This document shows positions 1 through 7,415 of a DNA stretch of 7,438 nt, in pieces (the stretch's first letter is position 1; every line of letters begins with the position of its first letter). The notes beneath the pieces are model-generated. The model was not told the DNA's origin, did not search any database, and saw only the letters and a program-made list of their open reading frames with translations. The position numbers and the translations under genes were made by a program. Source of the DNA: Zygophlyctis sp. KS116 (Eukaryota > Fungi > Chytridiomycota); contig BAAFSQ010000406.1 of NCBI GenBank assembly GCA_054661495.1, forward strand, positions 1 to 7,438, read 5' to 3'.

Positions 1-285
1 AGTATCCTCAAATATATTTTTACATTGATGCAACCGTTTATTTTCTTTGAATACTTGTAATATTTATACTTGTAATAATACATGATTGGTCCTTGGACTG
101 ATAAAATGTCCGAGAACCTATTTTGAGGTATTTGTCGGTTGTATTTGTCCGTAATATTAAATAAGACAATGGCAATGCAATGAGACAATCTAAAAACTTG
201 TAGAGTATCATGAATCAGCCAGACATATAGCGTCGTTTGGATCACAGATTTAGGAGTGTGCGTTCGGACAAGGAGCAAAAAAGGA

Positions 286-2272
286 ATGGAATCAGAGAGA
301 ATTATATTATCTTATCTAAAGAACAGGGGACTCAAACAGACTGAAGCGTCATTACGATCGGAAGCTAAACTACAAAAACTAACTACTGATCCAAATTTGG
401 ACTCAATACCAGAGTTTTTAATATTTTACAATGAAAAAGAATCAAACGATCCATTGGCTTTTGATAAATCTTATACGGCGCTAAGGAAATGGATTCTAGA
501 TTCCATCGATTTCTACAAGGTAACTTATTTTACTAATGTCAGTCTGAATTAGAACCTGTATTGTATCCCTTGTTTGTGCATTGTTATTTGGAATTGGTAT
601 TTAAGGGAATGAAGGATCAAGCTAGATCATTTTTAACAAATCATAAATCTGATCATTTAGATATGCATTCGCATGACATATCTAGACTTTCAGGAATAGT
701 AGAGTCGACTCATGTTTTGGAGAATGAATTAGCTCAGTCTTATAGGAATAATAGATTTGGAATACTAATGTCAAGATATCCTTTTGAACTATTGCTGGGA
801 TTTTTACAAGATCAGGGATTTATGTTGCTCTTAAGAATTGTTAACCAATATTTAAATATTCAAGTAACAAATGATAAACTCTCTGAAAGACAAGGACAAG
901 AAAAAACAGGAGCTTTAATTGGAAAAGATGAAACAATATCATCATTAGTTGCACAATTTCCAGTTTATTTGGGAAAACTTCCTCAAGATCCAGTTTTTAC
1001 AAAAGAAGTAGAAAAAGCTCTTGGAGATCCTACTATTCCTTTTTCTGCTGAACTATTGAAGAAATATCGTGCTTCTTTACAACCTGATCCTGATGCTCCA
1101 TCAACTGCATTAGCAGTTCCTTTACCTCCTCAAAAGCTTTTAGATGTAGGAAAAACAGTCATTGAACTTCAAGAAGCAAGAGAAGCAGTTTCATTAGTTC
1201 CTACGATTCTTCCGTCTGTTTGTTTTTATAGTTTTCATAATGCACATGATGGATTAAATTCACTTTCTATGTCTGATGATGGAATGATGATTTCTGGTGG
1301 ATTTGCTGATTCATATCTTAAAGTTTGGAGTCTTTCAAAGGAAAATAATATTCCTCCTAAAAATACTAAAAATGATATGAAAATTGGTATGTTTTTTAGT
1401 AAAAATGCTAAAATTACAGATGAGTCTCTTCCTGACGCCTCTGTTCGCCTTATTGGTCATTCTGGACCTGTATTTGGATCAAGTTTCGGACACGATAATC
1501 GATATCTTATTTCTTGTTCAGAAGACTCTACTGGTACTTTTTAATTCAAATTTAAATTTTAGCTCGACTATGGAGTTTAGACACTTTTAAAAATCTAGTT
1601 GTTTATAAAGGACATAATTATCCTGTTTGGGATGTAGATGTAGGACCTTATGGTGTTTATTTTGCTACAGCTTCTCATGATCGAACGGCAAGACTCTGGA
1701 GTACTGATCATATATATACATTACGAATCTTTGTCGGGCATTTATCAGATGTGAATGTATTTTCCTTTTTAAAAATGATTATTAGACTGTAAAATTCCAT
1801 CCAAATTCCAATTATATTGCAACTGGATCATATGATAAAACCTGCAGATTATGGGATATACAAAAAGGTTCAACGGTACGTATGTTTACAGGACATACTG
1901 GACCTATTTCTACATTAGCTATATCACCTGATGGTAAATCAATGGTCTCTGCAACAAATTCTGGTATATGTTTATGGGATTTGGGATCCGGTAAAAAAAT
2001 CAAGAATTTAACATTTTCTTGTTCCGCAAACTCTGAAATATATTCATTAGAGTATAGTCGAGATGGAAGACTTATAGCAGCAGGATGTAGCGATGAAGCA
2101 GTTAGAATTTGGGATGCAAAATCCTCAGAGTCTGTGTAAGATTTTTGTTAATTTTACATTTAGGACTGATGAAGTTGGGATATTCTATACCAAGAAAACT
2201 CCTGTATACAAGGTTCACTTTTCAAAAAGAAATTTATTATATGGCCTTGGAAACTTTAGAAGCAATGTATAA
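286..2272 (+). CDS. TAF5: Transcription initiation factor TFIID subunit 5 (LisH + TFIID_NTD2 + WD40 repeats). Exons 286-519, 543-1386, 1420-1533, 1563-1756, 1786-2135, 2164-2272; about 614 aa (625 aa if the 33-nt in-frame intron is retained)
   Basis: LisH-like N-terminus IILSYLKNRGLKQTE; NTD2 motif YKSELEPVLYPLFVHCYLELV restored across intron 520-542; LPSVCFYSFHN; WD40 repeats [77 protein letters not shown]; C-terminal FYTKKTPVYKVHFSKRNLL. Removing the five GT-AG introns leaves 1845 nt in one open frame. Confidence 0.96.
520..542 (+). other. 23-nt spliceosomal intron of TAF5
   Basis: GTAACT..TACTAAT..CAG; removal fuses ORFs 256-552 and 561-1544 in frame. Confidence 0.93.
1387..1419 (+). other. 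Probable 33-nt in-frame, stop-free intron of TAF5
   Basis: GTATGT donor, GCTAAA branch-like motif, TACAG acceptor; lies in the variable loop between WD repeats. It is not required to keep the frame open. Confidence 0.7.
1534..2163 (+). other. Three further TAF5 mini-introns: 1534-1562 (29 nt), 1757-1785 (29 nt), 2136-2163 (28 nt)
   Basis: Each is GT..AG, and removal restores conserved WD40 motifs ([16 protein letters not shown]) and the C-terminal FYTKKTP motif. Confidence 0.92.
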
Positions 2273-2276
2273 TAAA
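2271..2276 (+). promoter_or_regulatory. Possible AATAAA polyadenylation signal overlapping the TAF5 stop codon
   Basis: TAATAAA at 2270-2276; the motif is common by chance in AT-rich DNA. Confidence 0.35.
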
Positions 2277-2370
2277 TGGAGAATTTAATCAATTGTTTCC
2301 CTAATGAAATTAGCCTCATTGTACATGCTTTCGATTGATTCAGTCGTTCTAGATCGATCGAATGTGCTCG

Positions 2371-2455
2371 AGCGCCACTGAACGACACCAATCCACCCCC
2401 AAATATAACTGTAAGAGCGTCCGACCCACTATTCTCTTTCAAAAAAATAAAAAAA
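2371..2455 (+). promoter_or_regulatory. Putative promoter/5' leader of LRR gene 1, homologous to 5075-5151
   Basis: AGCGCC at 2371 and CAATCCACCC at 2389 (offset 18 nt), and TTTCAAAAAAATAAAA just before the ATG. All are repeated upstream of LRR gene 2. Confidence 0.6.
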
Positions 2456-4341
2456 ATGCTCAACACTGATAACAAGAACTTTAAGATCATGGCATTGTCC
2501 CTCTCTGCATTGATCGCTGGAGTAGAGTCTCAAAAGACAACAAAGTCAACAAAGGCAACAAAGTCAACAAATACAACAAATACAACTTCATCTTCCATCG
2601 CTAGTTGCACTTCATCATCCCCACAATGCTGTTGGGTTGTCCGATCATGGCAACTGATGAATGGAGTTTTTACGACTGGAATTAACTCGACTGATAACAG
2701 TTGCTGCACTTTACCAATGACTGGTGTGACTTGCGATTCTACAAATACCAAAATTACAAGGATTGATTGGGTCCAAATGGGCCTCTCAGGACTTATCCCT
2801 GCAGAGATTGGAAATTTGGATAGTTTAACTTATCTGTAACTATTTTTTTAGTCTCAGATTAAAGGACTTTGTATGCCAATTCACTCACTGGAACCATCCC
2901 TGCCGAGATTGGAAATTTAAAAAAATTGAACTTCTTGTAACTATTTTCTTCAGTTAACATTATAGAAGTCTTTTGGGAAATCAACTCTCAGGACCAATTC
3001 CCTCGGTTCTTGGAAACACGCCTAATTTGCAAGAGCTGTAACTACTTTTAGATTAATTATAAAGAATTATAGCTGGAAATCAAGGTCTCAATGGAACCTT
3101 CACTCCAGCATGTGGAATGCAGCTGTAAATCCTAGCTTTTAATGATTAGATATCTCGGAGCAAGTGGCACTGGAGTGACGATATTACCCTGTGTTCCTGT
3201 AACGTGCAATTCATCTTCTCCCCAATGCTGTTGGGTTCTACGATCTTGGCAGTTGATGGGGAAATTTATTCCAGCCGGGATTTCATCTACCGATAATAGC
3301 TGCTGCTCTGTCCCATTGGTGGGTATAACTTGTGATTCCAAAAACAAGGTTACAGCCATAAACTGGCGAATGGCTGAGCTTTCTGGTTCAATTCCTCCAG
3401 AGATTGGAAATTTAAACAGTTTACAAAATCTAGCACTTGACATAAATTCACTCTCTGGTTCAATTCCTGCAGAAATTGGGAATTTAAAAAAGTTGACTGA
3501 TATGTAATTATTTCTGATTTAAAATTAGTGGCATTGGTCAAAATTTTCTCTCAGGATCCATTCCTTCAGAAATTGGAGATTTAACAAATCTGGTTCATCT
3601 GTAACTATTCTCTTCATTTAAAATTAAAGTTGGCTTGACACCAATCAACTCTCTGGACCGATTCCTTCTGAGATTGGATATATGCCGAATTTGCAATACA
3701 TGTAACTAAATTCTAGATTAATATTTTAAGTGTTATTTCTAACAATCCGGGTCTCAACGGAACATTATATACAAGATGTGGAATTGATCTGTAAGACTGT
3801 TTCTTTTAAGATCAATAGATATTCTGCCAACAGCAATGTAACATTCTGTGGTTGTGCAACTATAGGATCCCCTGCTTCAATTTTCCCACCTGCAGGAACT
3901 CCACTTTCTTGTCTTGCAACTGGTCTTGCACCTACTTTGACAAAGAGAGCTCAAGTATTTCAAAAGGACATTTCAGGTTACCGGGTCACATGCAATACTG
4001 ATCCAAATAATAATCCCTACCAGGATTGTTTGAATGCTCAAGCTGCTGTATGTAACCCATCATACATTGCTAAAAATGGACAATCGGACTGCAAAAACGC
4101 TGTTGACACAATTACTAGAAAGTTATCTTCCCTTTGGAATACCGTTCGCATTAATTGTGGACAGTGGTCCTTTGATGGCGTTATTGGTTCATTGACTTCT
4201 TCAAAATGCACCGATGCAAACAATGCCTTAAAGGACAAAGCCTACTATATTCTACCAGATGGTAGTAAAAGTTTTATTGATGACCGATTCATTGGCTCTA
4301 TGAATACAGGTCTTTGGGGAAATACAGATGTGAAAGCATAA
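2456..4341 (+). CDS. Secreted two-module LRR protein with C-terminal Cys-rich domain (LRR gene 1). Exons 2456-2835, 2865-2936, 2966-3037, 3065-3124, 3150-3503, 3529-3600, 3630-3701, 3731-3790, 3819-4341; about 554 aa
   Basis: Signal-peptide-like KIMALSLSALIAGVES; two CxxxxxxCCWVxRSWQLM..SCC..G[VI]TC caps; plant-type LRRs (LxLxxNxLSGxIPxEIGNL). Removing eight phase-2 GTAA..AG introns of 25-29 nt leaves 1665 nt open. No TM segment seen. Confidence 0.88.
2534..2587 (+). repeat. Six copies of a 9-nt coding tandem repeat (KTT KST KAT KST NTT NTT), Ser/Thr-rich linker
   Basis: aagacaaca aagtcaaca aaggcaaca aagtcaaca aatacaaca aatacaact; absent from the paralog at 5152. Confidence 0.85.
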
Positions 4342-4369
4342 ATTCAAATCATTTTATCATAAACCATTA

Positions 4370-4480
4370 CTATAAAACAACAAAAAAACTATAAAATCTC
4401 TAGAAAACTAAAAAAAATAACAAAATCCCAAAAGAAAACAACAAAAAAAACTATAAAACTCCATAAAACAACAAAAAAAC
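4370..4480 (+). repeat. A-rich degenerate direct repeat in the 3' flank of LRR gene 1
   Basis: Three copies of AAAACAACAAAAAAA(A)C near 4374, 4435 and 4465; two are followed by TATAAAA. Confidence 0.7.
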
Positions 4481-4616
4481 GTGAACGAATGAAACACGAT
4501 CTCTTATCAACACTAGAACTGATATCTCTTTAAAAAATAAAAATAAAATGGTTTATGACTTAACTCTGAAAACACTTTCACATTTAAAAATAGTAAATAA
4601 TTAAAAGGATTTTTCA

Positions 4617-5011
4617 TTAATTTCCTTCTTGAATCACTAGGAAGAAGCCTTTGACATGAGCCAGTAAACTTGCCACCTGTGGATGACATAGATCAATGAC
4701 TTCTTTTAGATTATTTACGATAAAATATCGAGCATATCAACTTTACTCAGGGACAATTTAATAATTAATGTCGAATCTCTTTCAGCGTTATATTTAACTT
4801 CAATAGCATAATAATAAACTCCTAGATCATCAATGGAGGATTCAATAATCTCTTGTTCTACTGCTTCTTTAATCTAATCGCTTCATCCGTATACAAATAA
4901 TTCATTAATTACTATCTTCCTTTGGGGAATGATTAGTCTTAAGACTGATAGTAGATTTCGGACAAGTTCAAATTTTTTGCATGATCGTGTTTGGCTCAGG
5001 ATTCCATTGGT
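4617..5011 (-). pseudogene. Possible degraded minus-strand gene fragment of unknown product
   Basis: Protein-like open stretches (..VRNLLSVLRLIIPQRKI | candidate intron 4912-4874 | IKEAVEQEIIESSIDDLGVYYYAIEVKYNAERDSTLII..; then in another frame YARYFIVNNLKEVIDLCHPQ..). Frameshifts are needed to join them and no family is recognised. Confidence 0.22.
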
Positions 5012-5074
5012 TTAGAGAATCGAACAACAAGATTTCTAACCTTCCAGTCTTTCATCATGAGTGATCATTCTAGA

Positions 5075-5151
5075 AGCGCCTCTCCGCGATTTCAATCCAC
5101 CCACATTTGTTTACTATAAAAGGGGCGCCTGATTTCAAAAAAATAAAACAA
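5075..5151 (+). promoter_or_regulatory. Putative promoter of LRR gene 2 with TATA box TATAAAAG (5115-5122)
   Basis: AGCGCC at 5075, CAATCCACCC at 5093, canonical TATAAAAG 37 nt upstream of the ATG at 5152. Confidence 0.6.
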
Positions 5152-6794
5152 ATGCTCAACACTGATGACAAGAACTTTAAGATCTTGGCAGTGGCCCTTT
5201 GTGCCTTTATTTTAGGAGTAGAGTCTCAGATTTCTACTTGCACTTCAACTTCTCCTGAATGTTGTTGGGTTGTCCGATCTTGGCAGTTGATGGGTCAGAC
5301 AGTTCCAGCTGGAATCACATCTATTGATAACAGTTGTTGTACTCTTCCAATGTTTGGTGTGACTTGTGATTCTACAAACAAAGTGACAGAAATCCTTTGG
5401 GCCTGGGTAGGCCTCTCAGGTTTGATTCCTACCGAGATTGGAAAGTTGACAAGTTTGACTTTGCTGTAATTATTTTCTAAATTTAAAATTCAAGTCGTCT
5501 CGAAAGAAATCAACTCTCTGGTACAATTCCTGCTTCGATTGGAAATTTAAGAAGTTTGACTCATCTGTAATTATTTTCTAAATTTAAATTCAAGTCGTCT
5601 TTCCGGCAATCAACTCTCTGGTTCGATCCCTGTTGAAATTGGAAATTTGGTAAAATTGTTCGTTCTGTAATTATTTTCTAAATTTAAAATGATAGTCAAC
5701 TTTCTGGCAATCAACTCAATGGTTCAATTCCTGCTTCGATTGGAAATTTGATGAATTTGCAAGGGCTGTAACTATTTCTAAATTTAAAATTTAAAGTTAT
5801 CTCGGAGCGAATCAATTCCCGGGTTCGATCCCTGATTGGATTGGAGATTTGATAAATTTGACTTCGCTGTAATTATTTTCTAAATTTAAATTAAAGTGAT
5901 GTTTCAAACAATCAATTCTCAGGGTCATTTCCTGATTGGATGGGAAATTTGTCAACCTTGACTTTGCTGTAATTATTTTCTGAATTTAAAATTAATAGTG
6001 ATATTTCCTTCAACCAACTCTCAGGACCAATTCCTGCTGAAATTGGAAATTTGATAAATTTGACTGGGCTGTAATTATTTTCTAAACTTAAATGAAAGTA
6101 GTCTAGGCCAGAATGATCTTTCTGGTTCAATTCCTGCTTCGATTGGAAATTTGATAAATTTAAGAGATCTGTAATTATTTTCTAAATTTAAAATTAAAAG
6201 TGATCTTTCAATTAATCAACTCATAGGTTCAATTCCTGCTTCGATTGGACAATTGACAGGCTTAACTTCGCTGTAATTATTTTCTAAATTTAAAATGAAA
6301 GTTATCTTAACAACAATCAACTCTCAGGTTCAATTCCTTCTACGATTGGAAAGTTGATAAAATTGCAATATCTGTAATTATTTATGAATTTAAAATTAAA
6401 GTGAACTTAACAACAATCAACTCTCAGGACCAATTCCCTCTACCATTGTAAATTTGGTACAATTGCGTGAACTGTAATTATTTTCTAAATTTAAAATTAA
6501 AAGTGATCTTAACAACAATGTGAATCTCACTGGAGATTTTACTCCAAGATGTGGAATGATAGTGTAATGATTTTAAACTAATGCAGCAGTAATTCGGAAG
6601 GTACAGGGGTAACCTTGAACTCTTGCGAAAAGTTGTCAGATACCTTTTATTTGGGTATGGGAATTGGATTTGGATTGCTGGGCCTGTTAATTGTTGGAGC
6701 AGTAGTCTTCAAAATTAGAAAGGAACATTCTGCCAAGTTAAATGATAGTCAAGGAGATAAAACCGGTTCCAAGGGATATAAAATCCTAATCTGA
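5152..6794 (+). CDS. LRR receptor-like type I membrane protein (LRR gene 2). Exons 5152-5465, 5495-5566, 5595-5666, 5696-5767, 5797-5868, 5897-5968, 5999-6070, 6099-6170, 6201-6272, 6302-6373, 6402-6473, 6504-6563, 6587-6794; about 433 aa
   Basis: Signal peptide KILAVALCAFILGVES; Cys-rich N-cap; about 12 plant-type 24-aa LRRs; C-cap ..FTPRCG..GTGVTLNSC; TM helix FYLGMGIGFGLLGLLIVGAVVF (6645-6710); KIRK stop-transfer; 27-aa tail. Twelve phase-2 introns; the spliced CDS is 1302 nt and open. Confidence 0.92.
5466..6503 (+). repeat. Tandem array with about 100-102 nt period: 11 near-identical introns (consensus GTAATTATTTTCTAAATTTAAAATTAAAG) alternating with ten 72-nt LRR exons
   Basis: Introns at 5466-5494, 5567-5594, 5667-5695, 5768-5796, 5869-5896, 5969-5998, 6071-6098, 6171-6200, 6273-6301, 6374-6401 and 6474-6503. 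Confidence 0.95.
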
Positions 6795-7154
6795 ATTTGA
6801 ATTTTTTCGGACATATTTTTACTTGACTTTCACCAAGTCTATCTTATTTTATGAGATCACCTTTATTTCAAAAAATGAATGTTTAATCCCAACTTTTAGC
6901 ATCCAATATCTATCTACCTGCTTCAAAATTAATAGTTAAATACGCGCCGCTGACACATGTTTACTTACATGTGGCCAAAAATAAACAAATTCTATATGAT
7001 ACAATCAAACAATTAAACAAGCAATGGGATATCAAAAGGCATAGTCTTAATGTCACATCTTCTGGAATAACAATGAAATTCGTCACAATGCCATTGTTCA
7101 AACGTCACGTGTAAAGTACAACAATGCGCTAACATGTCATCCAAAAAATAAGCG

Positions 7155-7415
7155 ATGTTTCCTTCAACTCTCAAGAACCTCATATTTGCTTTAACTCTCT
7201 CTTCATTGATCTCAGGGACTGATGTAGCGGTTTCATGTAGTTCTTCTTCTCCTGAATGTTGTTGGGTTGTCCGATCATGGCAATTGATGGGGAAAACTAC
7301 TGATGTTTCTCCTACTAGTGCTACTGCTTGTTGTTTTACGGGACCTTTAACGGGACCTTTAACGGGACCTTTTACGGGACCTTTTACGGGACCTTTAATC
7401 CAACTGGAGAAGTAG
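7155..7415 (+). CDS. 5' part of a third family member (signal peptide + CCWVVRSWQLMG cap + TGP[LF] repeats); 3' end unresolved at the window edge
   Basis: Signal peptide MFPSTLKNLIFALTLSSLISG; CSSSSPECCWVVRSWQLMG..ACC. The TAG at 7413 may lie in a phase-2 intron starting GTAG at 7412, or result from a frameshift. Confidence 0.75.
   Translation: MFPSTLKNLIFALTLSSLISGTDVAVSCSSSSPECCWVVRSWQLMGKTTDVSPTSATACCFTGPLTGPLTGPFTGPFTGPLIQLEK
7338..7397 (+). repeat. Five copies of a 12-nt tandem repeat ACGGGACCTTT[A/T] encoding TGP[L/F]
   Basis: Units at 7338, 7350, 7362, 7374 and 7386. Confidence 0.95.

Noticed and set aside
210-230. Upstream ATG at 210 as the TAF5 start
   Set aside because: It closes after six codons (TAG at 228-230) and no convincing intron links it to the main frame; at most a uORF.
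256-285. GTG/TTG starts in the ORF track (256, 561, 3730, 5107)
   Set aside because: These are eukaryotic genes. The ATGs at 286 and 5152 fit homology, and the ORFs at 561 and 3730 begin inside spliced genes.
1384-1590. 68-aa hydrophobic + strand ORF
   Set aside because: Out-of-frame overlap with conserved TAF5 WD40 coding sequence and introns.
4370-4480. A-rich tract as a retroelement poly(A) tail or telomeric repeat
   Set aside because: No element body, target-site duplication or regular telomeric unit; treated as low-complexity 3' flank.
5466-6503. CRISPR-like array (29-nt repeats with regular spacers)
   Set aside because: The repeats are GT-AG introns and the 72-nt spacers are mutually homologous LRR exons; the context is eukaryotic and there are no cas genes.
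2836-6586. Pseudogenes or TAA stop-codon reassignment explaining the frequent in-frame stops
   Set aside because: The stops lie within GTAA donors. Most inserts are not multiples of 3, so readthrough would not restore the frame, whereas splicing does so exactly. TAF5 and gene 1 both end in TAA.
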